From positions 29,884,001 to 29,948,000 of the forward strand of contig NW_027266297.1 in assembly GCF_022045235.1 (NCBI RefSeq): DNA of 64,000 nucleotides, given 5' to 3'. The notes beneath the pieces are model-generated. The model did not search any database, was not told the origin of the DNA, and saw only the letters and a program-made list of their open reading frames with translations. Made by a program: the position numbers and the translations under genes. This document shows positions 36,591-49,019 of the stretch, one piece after another (position 1 is the stretch's first letter; each line of letters opens with the position of its first letter). The DNA is from Haliotis cracherodii. Taxonomy: Eukaryota.

Positions 36591-38959
36591 TTCAACCCCC
36601 ATGCTAAATTGACTTATACAACAATTAAAACAACTTTCCGATCTGGTCCCAACTGGGGCTGAATCTCACTGATAATCACAACATAGAATTCAAATATTTA
36701 TTGTGTTAAGTTGACACCCATACAAAACATACCCCTCTACTGCTTATCTTCAAAGTTAAACTTATGGATACTTACTATCAATGTTAAGTATCAAAACTTG
36801 AACATGAAACTGTCAAGAACAGGTCTAGATATACCCAAGAGGTTTCACCTGAGTTGTTAGCACTATTGTGAGGTCCCTCAACCATGTAACTAGGACAATC
36901 AATATCTGTCAACAAACAAACTGAAATCAACACCCTGTGCAACCACAACATATGGAACAAGAGTCTGTCGAAGTGTCATCAATTTCAGACCTTGTCTATT
37001 TCACTCTGAAAAATCCCTAGTTTCAACTACAAGGTTTACCTGTTCTGACAGATAGCATCATAATTGCCAGTTAATAATTTAGCATCGTCACTATCAATCT
37101 ATATGCAAGTCCAGACAGAAACTAGGACAGCAACATGTACACCATCAGCTGTGAAATATACAACAATACTGTCAGGCTATGTACACCATCAACTGTGGAA
37201 TAGACAACAATACTTATAACAGAGAATCCGGCAGATCGCAACATGTTTGTAGATATACCAGGAGGTCAAAATATACTTTGGAATGAATGGAATTTAGATC
37301 TTTGTGATAATGAAAAGCTTGAATTTTGTAATGTCAATGGCTAAGGATGAGCAACTACACTCTTTTGTCAGCATTTTAGGGTGTTTGCAGCCCTGAAACA
37401 TGTTCCCTGCTTGTTGAAATAAACACCTTTTATTGCAATGATGCACCCCAATAACTTTACAGACCTGTTTATGCTGTTAGGTAATAATGCATTGCTATCA
37501 TCGAGAATCAGGATGAGTATGGCATAGGTCATATGGTTAATTACTGTTATGTTTTCCTCTATTGCTGCAGATTTTACTTTTATCACTTCATAAAAGAAGT
37601 GCCGAAGGGACTTTGAAACAGGAATAGACATGAATTAAGATAGATTATTTAAATATATACTTAGAAAGACTGTCATCATGAACACAGTGAAACCTCTTTA
37701 ATAGGGGCACCTTGTGAAACAAACTGTCCAGTATAAACAGTGTCAACTTTGCAAAGGTTATGTTCCTGTGGTGAAGTTTATTGAATTTATTTAGGAATGT
37801 AATTGAGCGCAGTAAAAAATATACAAATTATGAAAAATGTACCTTTATACCTTTTCAAAACAATTATCCAGAATAGACAGTATCCATATTAAACAGGTTG
37901 ATGTTAAGGTCTTTATGACTTCAAAATTACTAATGCCTAATTCCTGTGGACATAAATCTGTTCAGAAGAAACTATGTATTAATAATGTCAATCCAGATAG
38001 ATTAATGTTTATAAGTTCTCTCCCATCCTTGTACATTCATATAGATATCGCTCATAGTTACTGTTTGGTGTCTAGAAGGTAATGTTTCTGGTGGATTATA
38101 ATGTCTCGCCATTTTCAAATTACCTTGATGCTTCATGTGTTAGAGTTCACCAAAGCACATACTGAACTTTTAAGAGTTCACATAATAATCTACTCTTTAT
38201 CCTGATCAAAACACCCTTAATCCTTCTTCACACTTCGCTCATGACCATCATACGACAACATTGAATATATAAGGATATGTAAGTAAGAGATGATATATAT
38301 TTTAGAAATATCATGTCAAATCCTTTAAGTCCAGTGATAACAAAGCCTATAGGTGCTCTTTGCGAGTTATTTCAAGTTTCTATTACCTCAAAATTGAGGG
38401 TTCGTATGAACTTTAGAAACTTTCTTGTGTGGAAAATATGATATTTAATTCTCAGTAAGCAAAACCCTGCTTATATTTTCATCAGGGTGTCTTTGAAGTA
38501 TGTTTATTGTCTCCGTAAACTTTGTCCCTTAGAAACTATGTGGCTGTGAAGATCAGCACATTCCTAGCTTTGTCCCCTGAAATATTTTTGTCCCCATAAG
38601 CCCTAAGATTGGAGGGGATAACAGATAGCTGTATAAATTTTACACCAGCATGACTACATGAAACTACTGTTAGTTATCGTGTTATCCAGAAAACCGTTAT
38701 TTTCCCCCCTTAATATGAACACAGCAGGAAAGACCCATCTCTTCTGACAGTGTCTTGTTTCAAGTCCCTCCTTCACCTATAAATACTTATCTCTGTACAA
38801 CGGTATCTGACAGTTTATGCTTCACTGATCTTGATATTTACTGTAGTGTACCCAGAAATCCACCAGTTGAGATATATGTTAATATCCATCATGTTAATAT
38901 GAGCATCATTTCAAATGTAAAATTTAGAATGTGAAAAATACACCTTAAATGAAAAGCAT

Positions 38960-39168
38960 TAGTCTGTCTTACAGACCCTGATACATTTATATCAACTACA
39001 GCCCATTCAGGTCTATAATGTTTGGCAAGTCTAGATTACTGCAGTATCTGAAAATGAAGACAATCACTGGGCTCCCTTTTTATTAGATTTTTATTAAGAT
39101 AACTGAACAACTGTTTTTTTCTGTATGATATGTTCATTTCAGAGACTATATGTTAGTCTAGAAAAGCA
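38960..39168 (+). repeat. Dispersed repeat family F (TAGTCT start, AGACTA-N5-TAGTCT hairpin end)
   Basis: Collinear with 61832-62020. Confidence 0.75.
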
Positions 39169-39978
39169 TCAAAGATTGTGTTACAAATATAAAGTATTTA
39201 TTTGTTTTTTCTGTACTCTATTTTCTACCAGGAATTGCCTTGTTTATTACAAGCTGTTACATATCTACTGCTTTGAATAAAAAAATGTTTTCTCAGCTGA
39301 AAGAGAAAAATTATAAATCTTTTGAAACAGGTGTTCCATTTAGTGCACCAGCTTTGGAGTTCATGTATGAAATAAACAACATATTAACTGCCATGTGTTA
39401 CATAGATTTTATTGGGTGATAGGCACAGAACTGAATATCAAAGATATGTGCTTGCATGACATATTGAAATTGACAAGCTGTGCTGGGAAATGCTGGATGA
39501 ACAACAACATAGTTGCATATTTTGGTTTAGATTACATATGTTAAGAGGATATGAATGTATTTTGTAAGGGTGATGTAGGGTGTAAGGGTGATATAGATAT
39601 ATAAAACCCTGAAATGAGCACCACAAAAGGTGTAATTTTTAGGTCTATTGAAATTGACGATGTGGCTAACAGAGCCTCCACTGTGAAACATTCGACTTAT
39701 GCGTAATGTACAACTGACACTTGAGTGACAGACTGAAAATTTCAGTGTAAGACGTATCAGCTTGGAATGCTCTTTTTGTATATATTTATGATGTAATAAA
39801 TTGGTTATACATTCACCTAAGCTTGAAATAGAAGTGAAATAGACATCATTGATAAAGATGCATTTAGAGAGGGTGGAAATATACCATGTACACTTATATA
39901 ACCCCTGTGGGTTTCTGGCTGAGAATAAGGCCCCGTTCCTCTTGCTGGTAAAGACTCTCTCTCTACATAAGGGATCAG

Positions 39979-40085
39979 GGCCCCGTTTCACTAAGCGATG
40001 GTAATGCTACGTCTTTCGTAACTCCTATACTTTAACATAGACTTACGACAGTCGTAGCCTCACAGTTGCTTTGTGAAAAGGGACC
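39979..40085. mobile_element. ~107-bp palindromic MITE (possibly PIF/Harbinger-like)
   Basis: ggccccgtttcactaagcgat versus gttgctttgtgaaaagggacc; inner gctacg/cgtagc. Confidence 0.7.
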
Positions 40086-40240
40086 AAGGTGGTCGGGCTC
40101 TTTGACTTAGCGATTGCATGTCTTGCAAGCCTTGATTGATGCTCATGCTATCGGTCACTGATTTGAATGGTCCAAACTCCACTATTACAGGCCTCTGTAG
40201 TATGGATTAGAGGAATATTGCTGACTGAGGCATTAAACAG
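40086..40240 (+). mobile_element. Family C retroposon, diverged, head missing
   Basis: ggtggtcgggctc...gatgctcatgct...ggaatattgctgactgaggcattaaac. Confidence 0.75.
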
Positions 40241-40297
40241 CCTTCCCTCAATCACTGACTTTTTTTATACATTGTCGTCGTCAGCTTCATGCTGAGT

Positions 40298-40988
40298 ATG
40301 GAAGTACCATCTTCACTGTTATATACCTATGTGGAAATACCATCTTCACTGTTATATACCAGTGTGGAAATACTATCTTCACTGTTATATACCAGTGTGG
40401 AAATAACATCTTCACTGTTACGTACCAGTGTGGAAATACCATCTTCACTGTTATATACATATGTGGAAATTCCATCTTCACTGTTACATACCAGTGTGGA
40501 AATACCATCTTCACTGTTACGTACCAGTGTGGAAATACCATCTTCGCTGTTATATACATATGTGGAAATACCATCTTCACTGTTACATACCAGTGTGGAA
40601 ATACCATCTTCACTGTTACATACCAGTGTGGATATACCATCTTCATTGTTATATACCAGTGTGGAAATACCATCTTCATTGTTATATACCTGTGTGGAAA
40701 TAACATCTTCACTGTTATATACCAGTGTGGAAATTCCATCTTCACTGTTACATACCAGTGTGGAAATACCATCTTCACTGTTACGTACCAGTGTGGAAAT
40801 ACCATCTTCGCTGTTATATACATATGTGGAAATACCATCTTCACTGTTACATACCAGTGTGGAAATACCATCTTCACTGTTACATACCAGTGTGGAAATA
40901 CCATCTTCACTGTTACATACCAGTGTGGAAATAACATCTTCATTGTTATATACCTGTGTGGAAATAACATCTTCACTGTTATATACAG
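40298..40988. repeat. 33-bp minisatellite, ~21 copies
   Basis: gtggaaataccatcttcactgttaYataccagt; produces the 11-aa repeat ORFs on both strands. Confidence 0.97.
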
Positions 40989-41571
40989 CAGCAAGCGTTC
41001 ATTAGTCAAACAACGTCAGCAAGGTGAGAGGAACAAGCAACGGCTATCCTCACATCACAAACTTCAAGTGGGACAGTTATGTGGTTAAAGTGTGTTTTTA
41101 GTCACAGTGTATTGTGTTTCTGGGGGATAGGAGCGAGGGCCTGAAATGTACACCTGACGTGTCTCCACCCAGCTGATACCTGTCCAGACTGGCGCACGTC
41201 TATGTCACTGATGTACCAGACCATGGTCTAATTGACGACTCGCTGATCGGCACAACGTCTGACTCACTGAATCATCGTTTTATGACTATAACCTTGCTCT
41301 TTGCATGGTGAATGTTAATGTGTAAGAAATAGGCTTAATGATAATCTGATAACTACATGCCTGATTATGTGCCTATTGCAGGATAGCCAGGTGTCATTTG
41401 CAAGAGTGATCTTGTACATTATGTAATAAGGCAGATTCAATACAGGAGCACTGAGGTGTATATTCCATGTCAGTTTCAGGGTTGTTTATATCAAGTTGGA
41501 ATGTGTTGAAAGAGATTAACATAGGAGTTTGTGCTATATTATGACAGCATGTGAGATTAAATAAAAGCGAC

Positions 41572-41735
41572 AAACCCTTTCCATTTTCATAAGAAATTTC
41601 TCCCAAAAGCAAAGTCCATTGTACAATTCTGACTATATGAGCATGTGTTTATAAATCACTTTCAAATAGTGATGATACCAGGTGTTCACAAATAGGTGAG
41701 TGTGTCCTGCCTCGCTAGTGGCACCCATTACAAAC
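41572..41735. repeat. Dispersed repeat family G
   Basis: aaaccctttccat...agcaaagtccattgta...ccaggtgtt...cctgc collinear with 53264-53420. Confidence 0.75.
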
Positions 41736-42840
41736 ACATGCAAAGGCATGTCAATTACACACCTGAAAAACACAGGAACATATGGTACAAGTCAAAATAG
41801 GGAATTGCATCGGACATCATTCTTGTCACTAATGCATCAAACTTGGTAATAAGTACAATAGTTGAAATTACCAGTAACATCATCAGAGTTTTATGTAGTA
41901 GATGAACCTTTTTACAATAAGAATATATTTTTAAATTTGTCATTTTCATGATGCTTTTTTTAGTCATTTTTAATATCACACACGCACACGCACTCTCACA
42001 CAAACACACATATATCTATATCAATAGGATTTGAGTTTTGTGACATATTTAATACTATTGATCTTTTCGTATATTTGTCTTATCCTTGACAGGCCTCAAT
42101 GGATCATTTATTTTAAAAATCAAACCACTTACTTACCCTCTAGTAAAGCTATATCTTTAATAAAAAATATTTAAATCATCTCTAATCTTTCTTTTTTTTA
42201 CAAAAATAACCCACAAAGGATTTATCCTATCACATTTAAGCTCCTTGAAATCTTCAACTATGCAATAAATCCATGAAGAGACTATATTATAATACCACTC
42301 ACACCTCACAAGCATACCACATGAAAAATAAGACGAAGAGATGAGAGCTGTTTTAGAGGCCCCTATACACCTGCAATGCTTCAATTGTCAACCCCAAGTG
42401 TTGGTAAACAGCTCTTGCTTACTTAGACACAAGATGAATCTACCCGTGTCAATTTTTGTTTAGCTTTTAAGTCGCCCATTTCAAGGCAATCATGTCAGTT
42501 TTGACACCAAATACCTGTAAGACGGATTTTAGGTTTCATATCAGGTGCGTATACATGTTGACATAATTCCGCAACACGATTTTAATATGCGGTATCACTT
42601 CCTCTACAGAGAAAGTGTTTAGAAAATAGTCCATTTGAAGGAAATGAGCTTATATTTGCTTAATGTGATGAACGTGAAATAAACAAGTTGTCATGTTGAT
42701 AGCACGTGTCAAAGATTCTTGTCAAATGATGTGACATGGGGTACTCATCAGCCTTCTACTGAATGAAAGGATTATCAAAGCAACACAATGACAATAAAGT
42801 GATAAAAGAATTAGATGAACCATGCAAGCTATTCATACAA

Positions 42841-43038
42841 GTGAGTGAGTGAGTGAGTGAGTGAGTGAGTGAGTTGGGTTTAACGCCGCCTTTAACAGTA
42901 TTCCAGTCATATCACGGCGTGTCAGCTTAATGTGGGAGGAAAGTCCGAAGTGATGCAGGTCTCAGACGTTTACCACTTCGGTGAAACCCACGAGCACGGG
43001 TATGGTGCTGACAAACCTAGAAACATAATCGGGGCGAA
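42841..43038 (-). mobile_element. Family B SINE, 5'-truncated at the B box
   Basis: (gagt)n followed by near-identity to 19960-20125. Confidence 0.95.
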
Positions 43039-43125
43039 AGAACTGAAAGAGATTTATGTATACATCTTGACACAGTGTTCCATTGTCTACACAGATTTTA
43101 TGTCATCCCCTAAATGATAAAGTGA

Positions 43126-43328
43126 GTGAGTGAGTGAGTGAGTGAGTGAGTGAGTGAGTGAGTGAGTATGGTTTTACGTCGCTTTTAGCAATATAGCAAT
43201 ATTCCAGCAATATCATGATGGGGGACACCAGAAATGGGCTTCACACATTGTACCCATGTCGAGAATTGAACCCGGGTCTTTGGCGTGACAAGCAAATGCT
43301 TTAACCACCAGGCTATCCGACCACCCCC
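43126..43328 (-). mobile_element. Family A SINE, full length
   Basis: TSD aaatRataaagtga (43112-43125, 43329-43342; 1 mismatch); long (gagt)n. Confidence 0.93.
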
Positions 43329-43619
43329 AAATAATAAAGTGATAATCAAGAAAATAATTCAAAATATCATAATAATGTTCAAAATCTTATAAACTAAATG
43401 TCTTTATCATTTATTATGTAAAATCTGAAAACATTTCTGTTATCCTTAACAAAAATATTGATTAGGAGGTTGTGAAATTGACATAATAAAATTGACATTA
43501 TTTTTTTATAAAATATGAACAAAAACAGTAAAATCATTGTAAATTTAAAAGATCAGTGTCAGATATTTATCTGATAAAAAAGATTCCACTGTATGTAAAA
43601 GTCAACATAGAGGTGAAAA

Positions 43620-43712
43620 TTTTATGAATGGATCACTTAAATTCAGTGATGATATCAGGTGTTCGCAAAAAGGATAAACATTCCTGCTCTACCGGTAGCA
43701 CCCGCCACTCCA
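43620..43712. repeat. Family G core motif
   Basis: gtgatgatatcaggtgttcgcaaaaaggataaacattcctgctctaccggtagcaccc resembles 41669-41727. Confidence 0.65.
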
Positions 43713-44299
43713 CCCAATTTGCAAAAGTAGCAACAAGAAAAAAGTCAAACACAACTAAAGACACATTATAGTCCTTGTTAGTTATTTTCTCAAGGTAACA
43801 AATTCCCAACTGAGCTGAACTGTACATGTCCCTTGACCCCTAATGAACTTGTGAGACTTATGTCTTGTCAAAAGCCATATGTAAGAAAAGGATGTAAGTT
43901 TCATAATGTAACAATAGGCATTGCATTTCAAATAGTGGAAGACAACTCAAGTGTAAATAACATTTTCCCAGCGTGTTCCATTACCGTGAAAATGTACTCC
44001 AGAGGTTAAGTTCTAAATTGTACTGCAAACGAGCAAGTGGAACAATAGGACACTGTGTAAAGGCGCCTGACCTGAGGTTGATATGCATTTAACTCCTATT
44101 ATGATCCAAAATTCAGTTGTTTGTTTCGGGAAATGTTCCAGTGTTCAAATGCTTGGCAGCAATTTTCCATATCTATAACATGGGCTGTTTCTAAGTGTAT
44201 GTGTTTGTCCAAATGCAGGGTGGTGAGGGTCTGTGGTCTGTGTTACAACATGAACATATCAAGGGCAACATTTACAGTTGTTATTCCTAAAGATTCATG

Positions 44300-46900
44300 T
44301 AGTCATATACATACTTTCCCCACTTACAGTGTCATGTGAGTCAGAATAATAGTCATAGTCATACTTTCTTCTCCTTCAGTGTCATGTGAGTCAGAATAAT
44401 AGTCATATGCATTCTTTCCCCTCCTGAAGTGTCATGTGAGTCAGAATGATAGTCATATTCACACTTTTCCCTCCTTCAGTGTCATGTGAGTCAGAATAAT
44501 AGTCATATGCATCATTTCCCCTCCTGAAGTGTCATGTGAGTCAGAATAATAGTCATATGCATTATTTCCGCTTCTGAAGTGTCATGTGAGTCAGAATAAT
44601 AGTCATATGCATACTTTCCCCTTCTGAAGTGTCATGTGAGTCAGAATAATAGTCATATACATACTTTCCCCTCCTGAAGTGTCATGTGAGTCAGAATAAT
44701 AGTCATATGCATACTTTCCCCTCCTAAAGTGTCATGAGAGTCAGAATGATAGTCATATGCACACTTTCCCCTCCTAAAGTGTCATGCGAGTCAGAATAAT
44801 AGTCATATGCATAATTTCCGCTTCTGAAGTGTCATGGGAGTCAGAATAATAGTCATATGCATTCTTTCCCCTCCTGAAGTGTCATGTGAGTCAGAATGAT
44901 AGTCATATTCACACTTTTCCCTCCTTCAGTGTCATGTGAGTCAGAATAATAGTCATATGCATACTTTCCCCTCCTTCAATGTCATGCGAGTCAGAATAAT
45001 AGTCATATGCATACTTTCCCCTTCTGAAGTGTCATGCGAGTCAGAATAATAGTCATATGCATACTTTCCCCTTCTGAAGTGTCATGCGAGTCAGAATAAT
45101 ACCGTATTTTCTTGAGTATAGTGCGCACCCATGTATAATGCGCACCCCCCTCTAGCAGGTTCAATATTTTGGAAAAAAAAGAAATTTGAATATTATGCGC
45201 AGAAAAAAATTACACCGTACCCTTCCAGCGAAGTCCGGCAAACGAACGGGTGCTGAGAAACTTTGTCAGTACAAATTCGAAATTTGAGATAAAAAATCAT
45301 CAGACATGTTTATTTACCGTTTAAATAGTAATTATTGTTCTGCTAGGCATTGTTTTATATCTAGGGATTAAGATTACATTGTGTATTTTCTCGTAAACTA
45401 AGCCGGAAACAGCAATCAGCTGTACACACGTTTTCTTGGAATCGACCGGTGATTCGGTCAAGACACACCCAATGATATAACTTTATAGGATTTTTAATGC
45501 AAGGATCGGCAACAATTGTATCTGAAACTATTTTATTTATCAGGAATAATATATTCCATTATTTTCTTAATTATATGCAGCCTCTACTAAACATATTTAA
45601 AATAATAATAACCCTAAGCGAAGCAGCTAATCGCTATTCCGGGGTATTATTTTTTACATGGAACATGTCTGACCAGTCACCGTCAAGGCTCACACGCGCA
45701 CGTGATCACGTGAGCGCGAGAATTTCATGTTGACATAGAATCGTCAAACAAAAACAAATTTGACTTTTAACGAGTCAAAGTATGTCATTTATGATATATG
45801 TATCCATTCTCTGTCAACTAAAGTTCATTTCAAGGCGTCAATAGCGGTATTCTGACCGTGGTTGATGTTAATAACGGTGAGTTGTGCGATCTTCCGATCG
45901 CTTCACACACGATTTCACAGAAATTAATAAAAACAATATTATAAGGAATTTTGAATAAAATTAATGTAGTAAGTTACAAACATAAGTCCAGAAATACAAA
46001 GAACACTTTTTTATAGACAGACAGTGTAATTACATAAATATTTTGCGTACTTCAGTATGGATTTGTTGACATGGTATTTCCGGTGTTTCGTGCTCACGGT
46101 AATGTCTTTCCATGGGGGAAAAAAACACCCAAACTCATAATTCGTGTATAATGCGCACCCCCTTCTACACAGCTGTGTTTTTTCGAAAAAAAGTGCGCAC
46201 TATACTCAAGAAAATACGGTAGTCATATTCACACTTTTCCCTCCTTCAGTGTCATGTGAGTCAGAATAATAGTCATATGCATAATTTCCCTTCTGAAGTG
46301 TCATGTGAGTCAGAATAATAGTCATATTCACACTTTTCCCTCCTTCAGTGTCATGTGAGTCAGAATGATAGTCATATGCACACTTTCCCCTCCTTCAGTG
46401 TCATGTGAGTCAGAATGATAGTCATATGCACACTTTCCCTTCCTTCAGTGTCATGTGAGTCAGAATAATAGTCATATGCACACTTTCCCCTCCTTCAGTG
46501 TCATGTGAGTCAGAATGATAGTCATATGCACACTTTCCCCTCCTGAAGTGTCATGTGAGTCAGAATAATAGTCATATGCATAATTTCCCTTCCGAAGTGT
46601 CATGTGAGTCAGAATAATAGTCATATGCATACTTTCCCCTCCTTCAGTGTCATTTGAGGTAGAATATTAGTCATATGCATAATTTCCCTTCTGAAGTGTC
46701 ATGTGAGTCAGAATAATAGTCATATGCATACTTTCCCCTCCTTCAGTGTCATGTGAGTCAGAATAATAGTCATATGCATAATTTCCCTTCCGAAGTGTCA
46801 TGTGAGTCAGAATAATAGTCATATGCATACTTTCCTCTTCTGAAGTGTTATGTGAGTCAGAATAATAGTCATACGCATACTTCCCCTCTTACAGGATAAT
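44300..46900. repeat. 50-bp satellite (~28-29 units) split by a MITE
   Basis: gtcatgtgagtcagaataatagtcatatgcatactttcccctcctgaagt; register continues across the insertion. Confidence 0.97.
45102..46219. mobile_element. Non-autonomous Tc1/mariner (pogo/Tc2-like, CCGTA-ended) MITE, 1118 bp, recent
   Basis: Perfect 27-bp TIR CCGTATTTTCTTGAGTATAGTGCGCAC (45102-45128, 46193-46219); TA duplicated (45100-45101, 46220-46221) at the aaTAgtc of a satellite unit; CpG retained. Confidence 0.97.
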
Positions 46901-47081
46901 GTAAGTCAAAATCATTGTCATATTAATCCTTTCCTCTCCTTAAGAATCATGTTAGTGTTCATCATCTGTTTTTAGTCAGCAAAATGCATACTGTATTAAT
47001 AAATAGCAAAGCTGTACATCCAAGATAATGGAATCAGTGTGGTTGCCTCACAGTTATGGCTGAATATACTGGTTTGATAGA

Positions 47082-47219
47082 GTGAGTGAGTGAGTGAGTA
47101 TGGTTTTACGCCGCTTTTAGCAATATTCCAGCAATATCACGGCGGGGGACACCAGAAATGGGCTTCACACATTGTACCCATGTTGGGAACGAACCCGAGT
47201 CTTCGGCGTGACGAGCAAA
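47082..47219 (-). mobile_element. Family A SINE, 5'-truncated inside the tRNA head
   Basis: Perfect TSD GTTTGATAGA (47072-47081, 47220-47229); A box missing. Confidence 0.95.
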
Positions 47220-49019
47220 GTTTGATAGAAGGTGTTTAAATGTCATGTTGTAAATTTGCTGGAACAAAACTTGCACCTCACTAACAATGTCACCCAAGCC
47301 GATCCATGCTATTCACTCAAACGACACCCATTCACACTCTAGCTCACTCAAACACCCACTGACTCACTAACTCAAACATCCATCGAACCACTCTCTAGCT
47401 CACCAGTACAATACCCAAGAGCACATTGATCTACCATATACCTACTAAACTATGCTAGCATGAATAACTTTATCCGCTCAGAGCTGTGCCTATATAACTC
47501 GTACACTGAAAATTATATTGTACGTGGTCCAGTAACCATGACGATGGGATGTATTGAACAGCTGGGGGTGGAGGTTTTAGGTGTATATCATTGTTACGTA
47601 GATATATAGCTCTGCAGGCCCTCTATGTTGCATCCATCAGTTATGGGCCAATTTTCTGCCGCGGTTGCTGATATTTTGGCAATTTGAGTAATTTACTTTT
47701 AATTTGCTTGGGCTTTGTGGTGAAGGGGTCGAGTAGATATTACTCTTCATAGAAACTCATGACTGTGGAAATAATAAATGAGCTGAATACCCATTTCGTG
47801 TTTTTTGGTATTTTTCCACTTTTTTTATTTGTCAATATCATGACTTTGTCAGGATTGTGATGTAGGGTGTTAAATGTTCATTGTCAGTGATTCTTCAGCT
47901 GTCAATAAGTACTGAGTATTAGTTCATGTCCATTACTTCGTCATGGTTGTGGTTGGGAAATATTATTCATTGTCCTAATTCAAGAGATCTTAAGCTGTAT
48001 CTTTTGATTGAATTCATTCATAAATAGAGATGTTTGGTGTGACATTAAAATTATTTCCGAGAGCTTGCTTCATGCAAGGTATATACGAGTTAGTCCCGTC
48101 CACAGATGGGAAATTTCACCTGTGTATGACTATTATTGTTATGGATTTAAGCACATTGAAAAAACGCAATATGTTATTTTAACTTATTTAATTATTCATT
48201 TTGTATACCTTTTGCTTAACAAGTGTTTTAAATATACCTATGCATAGTGTCCAATGTCTCAAAACCTATGACCTTTGACGCAAAAGAGTTATAATTTATG
48301 TGTTGTACATTTCAAGCTGACAAGTCTGTCAGTTACGTTACGACATTTTTGATACATTTTCTGACATCCTCCTTAATGAAAAATGTCTATTGTCATGTAA
48401 TTCATAAAGCATGATCCAAATAACTGCTTCCTGTGGAATTAAAAGTAAATTCCCAAATAAAATATGTCTACTAAACCATGTCAACTTGAGATATTAAATC
48501 TATCATCAGACTGGCCCTTTTCCCCAAAGTTGCTGACACAAACATGCTGATAGTATTGTGACATGTGCATCATGGTCTTGACAGGCTGAGTGTAACATAT
48601 ATGCTATGAGTTACAATAGACCCACAAGCCCCATTTCACATTGTGTGTCAAACAGTTTGTTCGTAAACATGCATTAATCATAACATTTGCGTATGGAAAA
48701 TTATGAAGCACTGATTAAAAGTTAAATACTGTCTAAAATGATTGTAATTATATTGTGTTTATCAGTTGACATATGGGAAGGACAATTATTTATTTTGTGA
48801 AATTACTAAATTGTGATAATTATGATAATATGGGCATGGTAGTTTAGCAAGCATATTTGACTCATTCGTCATTTGTGCCACTAATTGAAATTTGGGGGTT
48901 TATGTTTGATATTGATAGCATTGTTGAGTGAAATATGTGTATCAACTTCATTGAGAGGTAAAAGCATTTTTGACATCACTATAACAACAATAACAGTGAT
49001 GATGATGAACATCTTGTTC

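Noticed and set aside
36130-36602. Pro-rich extensin-like ORFs
   Set aside because: Reverse translation of the G-rich minisatellite
40287-41009. 240-aa and 238-aa ORFs on opposite strands with 11-aa repeats
   Set aside because: A 33-bp unit is a multiple of 3 and happens to lack stops; no unique coding flanks
47981-48027. Possible next kinase exon: ag/A GAT CTT AAG CTG (R-D-L-K-L)
   Set aside because: Continues YLLIEFIHK-stop without the catalytic-loop Asn or DFG; weak AAG acceptor
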